Positions 8,297 through 16,825 of a DNA stretch of 32,000 nt are shown here, piece after piece. Under the pieces are notes generated by a model. The model was not told the DNA's origin. It worked only from the letters and a program-made list of their open reading frames with translations, and did no database searches. This DNA is from Patescibacteria group bacterium (GTDB lineage Bacteria > Patescibacteriota > Patescibacteriia > 2-01-FULL-39-33), in assembly GCA_041649575.1 (NCBI GenBank), contig JBAZMW010000005.1, forward strand, positions 30,001 through 62,000. The letters run 5' to 3'. How positions within the stretch are numbered: the stretch's first letter is position 1; each line of letters starts with the position of its first letter. Position numbers and translations under genes: made by a program.

Positions 8297-10486
8297 ATGA
8301 ACAAAAAACTCATTTTAGTCATCGTCATTATTGTCATTGTTGCCGCCGCCGGAGTCGGGCTTTATTTTTTTCTGTCCAAAGGCCAGAAAGCGGAAGTGGC
8401 AAAGAGTGAATTTACCGACCCGCGTTACAGCACCGAGCCGACCGGCCTTGATTTTATTCAGAAAGATTTGGATGAGGGAAAAATCAACCTAGACACGGCG
8501 TTGATTTACAAAGTCAAATTTTTATTCAATGACCCAACTTTGCCCAAAGAATATGCCAGTGCTAATGGGCCATTTGAAGATGGTGGAACTTTCGGTGAAA
8601 TTACCGAAAACTGGGACAAACTAACTGCCGAAACTAAAAAGACTTTGGCGCCATATTTTCTCCGGCCCGATAATCCGGAAAGCGCCATGAGTAAAATCAT
8701 GAACGGCGAAATTCAGGCGCCTCAAACCGGCTGGCTAAAATTGATTAATCAGGCCAAGGCTTTTGATAGGCCGCTTTCCTATAAATCCGATGACACTTTG
8801 GTGACGGCTGACGGCAAGATCAAGGTTTGGTATCTGGAAAAAAAGGAAATGGTTAACGGCGAAGAAAAAATCACCAAACTTTATTATAATGTGGCTCAAA
8901 AAATTGTCTCAAACTTGAACACTGACGGCGCCTACGCTCAGTTCGTCGGACTACTGGGCAAGACTCCGCCATCAGACGGCACTTTGGGCGGCGACAATAA
9001 AACCGATATTTTTATCGCCACCGGCGCTCATGTTCATCTGGCTGATTCTAAAGGCGGCTCGCCTTCCCAGGGCGTGAATGTGCCGGATAATGGCACAGGC
9101 AAAAGCAGCTATATCATCCTGCGAGAAAATTTAAATGACAAATACTTGAGGACCACAACCGTTCATGAATTATTTCATGCTTTCCAGCGGGCGTTTGATT
9201 GCGTACTAACAGTTAAAAATTGGTGGTGGATTGAAGGCACGGCCACTTGGTCAGAAGATATGATTTATCCAAACGACAATACTGAACAAGGTTATCTTGA
9301 AAGTTATATTAAAAACCCGGAGTTAAGCTTATTTAGCAATGGTAAAAATTTTGAATATGGCGCTTATGTTTTCCCTTTTTTCTTGTCAAACACTTATGAC
9401 CGGATGATCGTCACCAAAATCTTTGAAGGCTGCACTGGCGGCAAAAATCCGCTGGCTTCGGTGGATAAAACCATTGATGGCGGCTTCAAAAAAAATTGGA
9501 AAGAATTTACCCTTTTAAATTTCAATAAAAAACCAGTGGAAAAATACAAGGATTTTGACAAAAGCAAAAAATTCCCCAAAGACTCTACTCAAAGCGGTGC
9601 TAATGCCGACATGGCATTTTTATCTCCGGGAGAAACTTCAGTCCCCAGTAAAGAGTTGCCGGCCTTGACTTCGCAAGTAATGGAAACTTATTTTGCGGAA
9701 AGAGCCGGAGTACGAAAAGCGGTCTTTAAAGATCTTAAAAATTTCACCGGCAAAAACCCAAACGCCGCGATTAAAGCCATAATTTATCCAAGAAACAACG
9801 GCCAACCCTACACTGAGGATTGGACCGAAAAAGAAAGCCGCAGCTTTTGTTTTGACAAAGCCGATGAGGATTTTGATAGAATTATTCTGATATTCAGTAA
9901 TGCCGACATGAAAAATAAAATAACCGAAAGCCAGATTAAGGTCAAAACCCAAGAATCGTGCTTTGAAATCAACCAAAGTGAAACCATGACTTCCAAACCG
10001 ATATTTAGTGTTAATCCCGAATATAGAGGCACGGTAAAATACCAGGCCGAGGGCGAATTGGTCAAAGATTCGGTGCCGGCTAATGCCAAATATGCCTATT
10101 TAGGCAAATGGAAAGTCAAAGTGATTTATCGCGAAGATTGGCCGGGCCAAACTGCAATGTTCATCACCTCAAGTGCAATGTATTTTTCTTATGATCATTA
10201 CCTGGAATTTGATTTAAGCGGGCAATCGGTCATGAAAGACGGCACGTTTGAAGCCGTGACCAAGGAAGGCAAATTTGAATCTCCGGGCTGGACGATTCAT
10301 AATGAAATTTCCGGTGACAGCGTCACTGTCCCGAAAAATGACACTTCTTGGGACGTGCCCAAAAAAGGCGTGATTTCGGAAATGACGGAAAACGGCGCAA
10401 AAATCAGTCTGCCCGATTTTGTCTTATACAACTCCGGCGGCTACCGCGAGTTGCCGCACCCGATTATTTTTGAGATCAAGAAATAA
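8297..10486 (+). CDS. Membrane-anchored exported HExxH metallopeptidase-like protein, paralogue of 4066..6348
   Basis: N-terminal TM (LILVIVIIVIVAAAGVGLYFFL), TTTVHELFHAFQ (HELFH at 9164-9178) then WWWIEGTATWSED. Similar overall layout to 4066..6348 (..SFCFDKADEDFDRIILIFSNADM.. versus ..TFCRDLDDENITAAVLITTNSDI..). Confidence 0.8.
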   Translation: MNKKLILVIVIIVIVAAAGVGLYFFLSKGQKAEVAKSEFTDPRYSTEPTGLDFIQKDLDEGKINLDTALIYKVKFLFNDPTLPKEYASANGPFEDGGTFGEITENWDKLTAETKKTLAPYFLRPDNPESAMSKIMNGEIQAPQTGWLKLINQAKAFDRPLSYKSDDTLVTADGKIKVWYLEKKEMVNGEEKITKLYYNVAQKIVSNLNTDGAYAQFVGLLGKTPPSDGTLGGDNKTDIFIATGAHVHLADSKGGSPSQGVNVPDNGTGKSSYIILRENLNDKYLRTTTVHELFHAFQRAFDCVLTVKNWWWIEGTATWSEDMIYPNDNTEQGYLESYIKNPELSLFSNGKNFEYGAYVFPFFLSNTYDRMIVTKIFEGCTGGKNPLASVDKTIDGGFKKNWKEFTLLNFNKKPVEKYKDFDKSKKFPKDSTQSGANADMAFLSPGETSVPSKELPALTSQVMETYFAERAGVRKAVFKDLKNFTGKNPNAAIKAIIYPRNNGQPYTEDWTEKESRSFCFDKADEDFDRIILIFSNADMKNKITESQIKVKTQESCFEINQSETMTSKPIFSVNPEYRGTVKYQAEGELVKDSVPANAKYAYLGKWKVKVIYREDWPGQTAMFITSSAMYFSYDHYLEFDLSGQSVMKDGTFEAVTKEGKFESPGWTIHNEISGDSVTVPKNDTSWDVPKKGVISEMTENGAKISLPDFVLYNSGGYRELPHPIIFEIKK

Positions 10487-10500
10487 ATAAACCATTTTTT

Positions 10501-10707
10501 ATGCCGATTAAAATCGATTATCAAAAGTGTTGTTTTAAAGACGGCAAGTGTGTTTCTTGCTGTGGCAGCAGTTGCAGCGGCTGCGTGGAGGCTTGTCCTG
10601 GTGGCGCCTTGTCCAGGGGTAAGCTGGTGGAATATGCGGAAGATAAGTGCAATAATTGCGGCAGCTGTATCAGCGCCTGTAAATATCAAGCCATCACCTT
10701 TTGTTAA
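10501..10707 (+). CDS. Small Cys-rich dicluster 4Fe-4S ferredoxin-like protein
   Basis: 68 aa with 13 Cys; a perfect CNNCGSCISAC 4Fe-4S motif plus a second cluster ..CSGCVEACP. Confidence 0.8.
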   Translation: MPIKIDYQKCCFKDGKCVSCCGSSCSGCVEACPGGALSRGKLVEYAEDKCNNCGSCISACKYQAITFC

Positions 10708-10709
10708 TT

Positions 10710-11741
10710 ATGAAAATTTTAGCCATTGAGACCTCATGCGATGAGACATCAGCCAGTGTTTTGTCTGGCCAGAAAAACAAGCTGGAAATTTTATCTAATG
10801 TCGTTTCCTCGCAAATTGATATTCACAAAAAATATGGCGGCGTGGTACCGGAGGTGGCCGCGCGCCATCATGTGCAAAATATTTTGCCGGTGGTGGACGA
10901 GAGTTTGGCGTTAGCCAAAGCGGGGCCAAAAGAGATTGATCTACTGGTGACGACGGCCGGGCCGGGGCTGGTCACTTCTCTGATCATCGGTGTGGAAGCG
11001 GCCAAGACACTAAGCTTCGCTTGGCAGAAGCCGCTACTGGCTATTAATCATATGTACGGCCACATCGCCGGCAATTTTTTGAACGACAAAATAACTTTTC
11101 CGGCTGTTTGTCTGGTGGTTTCTGGCGGCCACACGGAGATCGTTTATTTAAAAAATTATTGGCAATTCAAAAAAATTGGTCAGACAGTCGACGACGCGGC
11201 CGGCGAGGCCTTTGACAAAGTGGCCAAGCTTTTGGGCCTGGGTTATCCCGGGGGGCCGATTGTTTCATCCAAGGCCGAGGAATTTAAAAACATTAACTTG
11301 CAGAGCAAACTAAAACTGCCGCGGCCGATGCTTAAAAGCGCGGATTTTAATTTTTCCTTTTCCGGGCTCAAGACGGCGGTTTTGTATTTGGTTCAGAAGA
11401 TGTCTGAAGCTGAAAAAAGGGAAAGAATTCCCGAGATTTGTTTTGAGTTTCAGCAGGCGGTGATTGATGTTTTGGTGACTAAGACCGTCAGAGCCGCCAG
11501 GGAATATAGGGTAAAAACGGTGATGCTGGCCGGCGGCGTGGCGGCTAATAAAAAATTAAGAGAAAGTTTGCGGCTGGCAGCCGAAAGAGGTGGCTATAAG
11601 TTTCTGGTGCCGGAATTTAAGTTGTGCACCGATAACGCGGCGATGGTCGCTTTGGCTGGTTATTATCTGGCGCGAAAGAAAAAGATTAAGCTGGATAATT
11701 GGAAAAGAGTTAAAGTCGATCCGAATTGGGAGTTGAAGTGA
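10710..11741 (+). CDS. tsaD: tRNA N6-adenosine threonylcarbamoyltransferase TsaD
   Basis: MKILAIETSCDETSASVL, HMYGHIAGNFL, VVSGGHTEIVYL, AGGVAANKKLRE and DNAAMVALAGYY are canonical Kae1/TsaD motifs. Confidence 0.97.
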   Translation: MKILAIETSCDETSASVLSGQKNKLEILSNVVSSQIDIHKKYGGVVPEVAARHHVQNILPVVDESLALAKAGPKEIDLLVTTAGPGLVTSLIIGVEAAKTLSFAWQKPLLAINHMYGHIAGNFLNDKITFPAVCLVVSGGHTEIVYLKNYWQFKKIGQTVDDAAGEAFDKVAKLLGLGYPGGPIVSSKAEEFKNINLQSKLKLPRPMLKSADFNFSFSGLKTAVLYLVQKMSEAEKRERIPEICFEFQQAVIDVLVTKTVRAAREYRVKTVMLAGGVAANKKLRESLRLAAERGGYKFLVPEFKLCTDNAAMVALAGYYLARKKKIKLDNWKRVKVDPNWELK

Positions 11742-11748
11742 TTTGTCA

Positions 11749-11775
11749 CTTTTCTTTTTTTAGAAAAAAGAAAAG
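11749..11775. repeat. AT-rich inverted element (copy 1) of an intergenic repeat shared with 23220..23245
   Basis: CTTTTCTTTTTT-tag-AAAAAAGAAAAG followed by GCTGACGCAAAAGAAAAAAGCGCGAGC; copy 2 is CTTTTTCTTTTCTAGAAAAGAAAAAGCTAACAAAAAGAAAAAAGCGCTCGC. Confidence 0.6.
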
Positions 11776-11853
11776 CTGACGCAAAAGAAAAAAGCGCGAG
11801 CTAGATGAAAATTTGGCGCTTTAAGGCAAAATTCTAACAAAATTTTTAAACTC

Positions 11854-11870
11854 CCCCGCCAAAGGCGGGG
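11854..11870. other. Short GC hairpin
   Basis: CCCCGCC-aaa-GGCGGGG. Confidence 0.5.
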
Positions 11871-11958
11871 TCAAACAATAAAAATTTAGTAACGAATTTT
11901 ACCTTACGCTTATTCCAAATTTTCATAGGCTCGCAGTGAAGAATCTTTAAAAAATGTT

Positions 11959-12429
11959 ATGAGGTTTATTTCCAAGTCCGAAAAAGAAACCTATAATCTT
12001 GCCAAAAAATTTGCCGCCAAGTTGAAAGGCGGAGAGGTCTTGTGTTTGATTGGCGATTTGGGTGCCGGCAAGACGGCTTTTACCAAAGGTCTGGCTAAGG
12101 GCTTGGGCGTAAAAGATATTATTACCAGCCCGACTTTTGTGTTGATGAAAAATTATCCAATAATCAATAACCGGAAACAGTCAGCCGCAAAAACGGTTGG
12201 CGGTAAAGGGTCAGCGGTAGACATGTTAGCGCATATTGACGCCTATCGTTTGGATAGCGGCGCGCAGTTGCAGTATATTGGCGTGGAGGAATATTTCAAG
12301 GATAAAAATTGCGTGACAGTGATAGAGTGGGCGGACCGGGTTCGTGACATTTGGCCCAAGAAGGTGATTAAAATTAAATTTAAGATTCTTAGCGAAAATA
12401 AAAGGGAAATAAAAATCACCACGGATTAA
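11959..12429 (+). CDS. tsaE: TsaE, tRNA threonylcarbamoyladenosine biosynthesis ATPase
   Basis: Walker A GDLGAGKTAFTKGLAKGLG, ITSPTFVLMKNY, HIDAYRL, VTVIEWADRV. Confidence 0.93.
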   Translation: MRFISKSEKETYNLAKKFAAKLKGGEVLCLIGDLGAGKTAFTKGLAKGLGVKDIITSPTFVLMKNYPIINNRKQSAAKTVGGKGSAVDMLAHIDAYRLDSGAQLQYIGVEEYFKDKNCVTVIEWADRVRDIWPKKVIKIKFKILSENKREIKITTD

Positions 12430-12457
12430 TGTGGTGATTTTAAAAATTTTTATATTT

Positions 12458-15400
12458 TTATTTAGCTACCCGAAAGACTTCTTCCACGGTCGTCTCGCCG
12501 TCGACGGCTTTGAGAATGCCATCTTGGAGGACCAGGATAGCGCCATTTTTGACCGCCGCTTTTTCGATGTCGGTATTGGTGACGTCTTCCAGCTGAATTA
12601 ATTTTTGCAACTCCGGCGTCATTTCCAAAACCTCATAAAGCCCGAGTCGGCCCTTGTAGCCGATATTGCCGCACTTAGAGCAACCCTTGGCCTGATAGAA
12701 TTCCAGCGGCTGGGGAATTTTTATGTTGGCTTTGGGGCTGATTTGGGAGAGGATTTCTTCTACCTCTTTGAGTACTGCCGGCTCCAGTTTGGTCTTGACT
12801 TTGCAATAGGGGCAGATTTTTCTAACCAATCTTTGGCCAATAGAGCATTCGATGGAATTGGCCAGCATCTGGCGGTCGATGCCCAGGCCGACAAAACGGG
12901 GAATGGCGCCGGCGGCGCTATTGGTATGAATGGTAGAGAGAACCAGGTGGCCGGTCATGGCCGCCTCAATAGCGACTTTGGCAGTCTCCGGATCGCGGAT
13001 TTCACCAATCATCATGATGTTGGGATTTTGCCGCAGGAGCGAACGCATGGCGCTGGCAAAAGTATAGCCCTGCTCGGTGTTTATCTGGGTCTGCATGATG
13101 CCCTCCAGGTGGTATTCGATCGGGTCTTCCACGGTAATAATTTTGATATCCGGACGGTTGAGTTTGTTTAAAATACTGTAGAGCGTGGTGGTTTTGCCGC
13201 TGCCAGTGGGGCCGGTGGTAATGATAATGCCCTTGGTTTTGGCCATGGATTTTTCCAATGAGGACAGGGAGTACGGCCGCATGCCCAAATCTTTAATATC
13301 CAAGGCGCTGGCCTGGCTGGAAAGCAGGCGGATAACCACGGTCTCGCCATAGCCGCCGGAAATAATGGAAACGCGAGAATCCATTTTGGCGTCTTTTAGA
13401 AAAATAGCAAAGCGCCCGTCCCAGGCGGCTTTTTTGACGTTGGTGGGGAAGCCGGCCAGGATTTTAATATTGGAGAGCAGCGGCAAATACTGTTCTTTGG
13501 GCAAGTCGACAATATCGTGCAAGATGCCATCGATGCGAAAACGAATTTTGACGTCGGTGTCGGTGGGCTCAATATGGATGTCGCCCGCCTCGCTCTTTAG
13601 AGCGGCGGCAATTACCAAATTGATCATCTCTTTGGTGGGGGTGTCGGCGATGGCTCTGGTGACACTGGTCAGATCTTTGGATAGTTCGGCGCCGCGGGCC
13701 AGTTCTGCCTCGCTGATTTTGATGCCACGGCCGATGGTTTGCGAGATAACAATATCGTACAAAGCGTCGACGTAATCTAGTTTGCCGATAACACGATAAA
13801 CTTCCTCTAGAGAAGTGATGCCGGACAGACATTTCAAGACGCCATCTTGCAGCATGGTGATCATGCCGCTCTCAATGGCCTGTTCCAGGATTTTGAAAGT
13901 GGGAGCGCCTTCGGAAGTCAGCTGCTTGATCTCTTCGTTCATGACAAAAATCTCATAAATGCCGACGCGGCCTTGGTAGCCGATACCGTTACAATAATCA
14001 CAGCCGTCAGGTTTGGCCTGGTAGACCCTGGACAAAACGGTGGGAATATCAACTCCTGATTTAGGGGAGATGACCGCCAAAATTTTTTCTACGGTTTCTT
14101 TTTCTGCTTCGCCAAGCTGATGCTCGATTTTGCACCGGGGGCAGAGTTTGCGCACCAGACGCTGGCCGATAATCGCATTAATAGAGGGAACAATAAAAAA
14201 AGGTTTGACGCCCATATCTACCAACCTGGGAATAACGCCGGCGGCATCATTGGTGTGGACGGTAGAGAGAACCAAGTGCCCGGTCAGACTGGATTGAATG
14301 GAGATTTCGGCGGTTTCCAAATCGCGGATTTCGCCAACCATAATAATATCGGGGTCTTGCCTTAGAACTGAACGCAAACCATTGGCAAAAGTATAACCTT
14401 TTTTAACATCGACTTGGCTCTGATTGATGCCTTTGAGCTGGTATTCGATGGGATCTTCCAGGGTAATTATTTTGACATCGGGCTGGTTGAGTTTGTTTAA
14501 GATGGCATAAAGCGTGGTGGTTTTGCCGCTGCCCGTGGGGCCGGCAGTCAGGAGCAGGCCGTTGGGCTTTTTAATTTCCTGTTCCAGGATTTTGTAGGCC
14601 TGGGGCATCAGCCCTAGATCCTCAAAGGACAGGACGACCGAAGCAGACTTTAAGAGGCGCATGACCACGCTCTCGCCGTAAGCGGTGGGCAGAAAAGAAC
14701 AGCGGACTTCGATTTTTTCTTTGGTCAGGAAGATGGAAAAACGGCCGTCCTGAGGCCTGCCCTCGATGTTGATTTTTACTTTGGCCATTATTTTCAGGCG
14801 GGAGATGATTTTTTTCCAATTCTCTTTGTTGACTGTCGCCGCTTCTTGCAAAACGCCATCGACTCGGAAGCGAACGGTCACGCCAAACTCCTCGGCTTCG
14901 ATGTGGATGTCGGAAGCGTCGATTTTGATGGCGGTGGCGACAATCAGAGTGACGGTATCGCTGATATTGACTTGATTGATTTTTTCGTTGAGTTCGCGGA
15001 AATCTTTCAGCTCATTCTCAAAACGCTCCAAGTCCGCTTGTTTTATTTCGATGCCGGGGACAAATTTTCTGATTTTTGGCAGAGAGTCGTAGAGCCTGAC
15101 GGCAGTTTCAAGGCTGTGTTGGGAAACCAGATAGGTAGAAACGTTGGTGTGGAATTTATCTCTCAACTCGTTTTCCAATTGTTTTATCTCGTCGTTGTAG
15201 CCGACGGCAGCCAGGCGAATATCCGAGCCATTGTTTAGAAAACAAACGACCTGCAGCTTGAGGCTGGTTTCTTTGGGCAGAGTGGTCAGGGTATCGGGAG
15301 AAATACCAAAGCCTATCAAATTAATGTAAGGCAGGCCGATGATGGCGGCTTTGTTTTCGACTTCCCGCTCTTTTTCTTTGAGAGTGATTTCCTGAATCTT

Positions 15401-15490
15401 TTTTTGCAACTGTCCTTGGGTGGAATCGTCGTCGCTAGCCGATGGTTGCTTACTGGGAAGCAGGTCTTCCAGTGAAGGGCCGATAGTCAT
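12458..15490 (-). CDS. Tandem double-ATPase PilB/GspE-family protein (type IV pilus/type II secretion)
   Basis: 1010 aa with two complete ATPase modules: two Walker A (GPTGSGKTTTLYAILNKLN / GPTGSGKTTTLYSILNKLN), two Asp/His box regions, two LSTxHTNxAAG motifs and two CxxC...CxxC zinc motifs. Confidence 0.93.
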   Translation of the reverse strand: MTIGPSLEDLLPSKQPSASDDDSTQGQLQKKIQEITLKEKEREVENKAAIIGLPYINLIGFGISPDTLTTLPKETSLKLQVVCFLNNGSDIRLAAVGYNDEIKQLENELRDKFHTNVSTYLVSQHSLETAVRLYDSLPKIRKFVPGIEIKQADLERFENELKDFRELNEKINQVNISDTVTLIVATAIKIDASDIHIEAEEFGVTVRFRVDGVLQEAATVNKENWKKIISRLKIMAKVKINIEGRPQDGRFSIFLTKEKIEVRCSFLPTAYGESVVMRLLKSASVVLSFEDLGLMPQAYKILEQEIKKPNGLLLTAGPTGSGKTTTLYAILNKLNQPDVKIITLEDPIEYQLKGINQSQVDVKKGYTFANGLRSVLRQDPDIIMVGEIRDLETAEISIQSSLTGHLVLSTVHTNDAAGVIPRLVDMGVKPFFIVPSINAIIGQRLVRKLCPRCKIEHQLGEAEKETVEKILAVISPKSGVDIPTVLSRVYQAKPDGCDYCNGIGYQGRVGIYEIFVMNEEIKQLTSEGAPTFKILEQAIESGMITMLQDGVLKCLSGITSLEEVYRVIGKLDYVDALYDIVISQTIGRGIKISEAELARGAELSKDLTSVTRAIADTPTKEMINLVIAAALKSEAGDIHIEPTDTDVKIRFRIDGILHDIVDLPKEQYLPLLSNIKILAGFPTNVKKAAWDGRFAIFLKDAKMDSRVSIISGGYGETVVIRLLSSQASALDIKDLGMRPYSLSSLEKSMAKTKGIIITTGPTGSGKTTTLYSILNKLNRPDIKIITVEDPIEYHLEGIMQTQINTEQGYTFASAMRSLLRQNPNIMMIGEIRDPETAKVAIEAAMTGHLVLSTIHTNSAAGAIPRFVGLGIDRQMLANSIECSIGQRLVRKICPYCKVKTKLEPAVLKEVEEILSQISPKANIKIPQPLEFYQAKGCSKCGNIGYKGRLGLYEVLEMTPELQKLIQLEDVTNTDIEKAAVKNGAILVLQDGILKAVDGETTVEEVFRVAK

Positions 15491-15609
15491 GGGAAAAAGT
15501 TAAAGTTTATTGAAGCTACTATAATTATAGTTTTTATGGAGGTTTATTTCAAGCAACAAAAACTCGCCGAACTGACAGGCGGGCCAAGTTCAGCGAGTTC
15601 TGTGATTGT

Positions 15610-16635
15610 TTATTTTTTCGAAAAGAGACTAGGCAGCTTGAGATTCTGCGAGCTGCGGATAATTCTGCTAAGGCCTTCGCCGGAGCTGAGGCGGTTGAAG
15701 AGCAGTGTCCAACTAGACCACTGAAAAGCGGAGAGGAAAGCAGTGATAAAAAAGGTAATGGCCAGCAGTAGCAGAAACAGGATCAGGCCGAAAATACCGG
15801 CCAGCCACAGGGGCGCCGCGTAGCCGTAGAAAACCAGGAACAAGAGGGCCAAAAACAGTTCGCCGATCAGCCCGGTAATGATAGCGGCCACCAGGTAAAT
15901 GATAAAGATTATCAGAGCCATTTCCAGCGATACCAGCCAGTTGGCCAAAAATAATTTTTTGGCGGAAAAAAAGGATTCGCCCAGGCGCTGTTTTTTAAGA
16001 ATTAAATAAAAAATTTGATAGCGTAACAGGAAAGAGACAGAAAAAATAATGATTATGAAAACAATAAACGACAGGTAATAGATTGTTCTGCCAAAAATTC
16101 CCTGGTCGGTCAGGGCCAGCAGCTCGGCGCCAAGAATCATAAAGAGCAGAAAGAGGACAACCTTAAGGATGAAATTAATCAAAAGTACCGGCCAGAATTT
16201 GCCCAGGGCAAAATCGATGCCTTCGTTGATGGTGGCAACTTTGTTCTTATTGGCCAGGTCGATGTTTCTGATCAGGCCGACTTGGGAGACAATGGCCAGC
16301 CAGATGATGAAGATAATAATAGCGACGGCGATGATGACAACCACAATGGCAAACAACAGTCCTTGCGGATAATGGATAATGGCCGACCAAATATTAAGCC
16401 AGAGATTGCCGCCGGCCTTAAGGCCATCGGCCAGGCCGTTTTGAAAACTGTTTAGCGTGTCAGCCAGGATACCGCGGCTGTTGAAAGGATTGATAAGGGC
16501 GCGGCCTAGAATTTCGTATTCGCCGCCAGTGCCCAACAGCGCGGCGAAGAGACCAAAAAACCACAGGCCTTTCTTTTTTCTGACTAATTGCCAAGATTTT
16601 TTCAGAATTGGCCGATAAAGAGCGGAGTCCTCCAT
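15610..16635 (-). CDS. Polytopic membrane protein, function unknown
   Basis: 341 aa, KKGLWFFGLFAALLGTGGEYEIL N-terminus followed by multiple hydrophobic segments. Confidence 0.75.
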   Translation of the reverse strand: MEDSALYRPILKKSWQLVRKKKGLWFFGLFAALLGTGGEYEILGRALINPFNSRGILADTLNSFQNGLADGLKAGGNLWLNIWSAIIHYPQGLLFAIVVVIIAVAIIIFIIWLAIVSQVGLIRNIDLANKNKVATINEGIDFALGKFWPVLLINFILKVVLFLLFMILGAELLALTDQGIFGRTIYYLSFIVFIIIIFSVSFLLRYQIFYLILKKQRLGESFFSAKKLFLANWLVSLEMALIIFIIYLVAAIITGLIGELFLALLFLVFYGYAAPLWLAGIFGLILFLLLLAITFFITAFLSAFQWSSWTLLFNRLSSGEGLSRIIRSSQNLKLPSLFSKK

Positions 16636-16765
16636 ATATTTTGATTTATTTTATAATTGTCGGTTATGATTATTATAACATAATTATAACACAAGATAAA
16701 AATAACTGAAACTCGTCGGCGAGAGTTGCCGGGTTTTGAAATTAATAAAATTTTCTGCTGATATC

Positions 16766-16795
16766 AAAAAGTCAGCCCAAGCGGGCTGACTTTTT
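16766..16795. terminator. Bidirectional terminator between ftsH and the membrane protein gene
   Basis: AAAAAGTCAGCCC-aagc-GGGCTGACTTTTT. Confidence 0.85.
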
Positions 16796-16825
16796 GGCTA
16801 TTGATTTGGCAGGCGCTGGAAATTT

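Noticed and set aside
4066-10486. Classifying the protease cluster as a known defence system
   Set aside because: No nuclease, NTPase, reverse transcriptase or CRISPR/CBASS/toxin-antitoxin hallmark gene is adjacent. The flanking proteins are exported, which argues for a surface role.
12605-15238. Plus-strand ORFs opposite the double PilB gene (12605..13171, 14846..15238 etc.)
   Set aside because: Antisense to a highly conserved ATPase with two full motif sets; no independent support.
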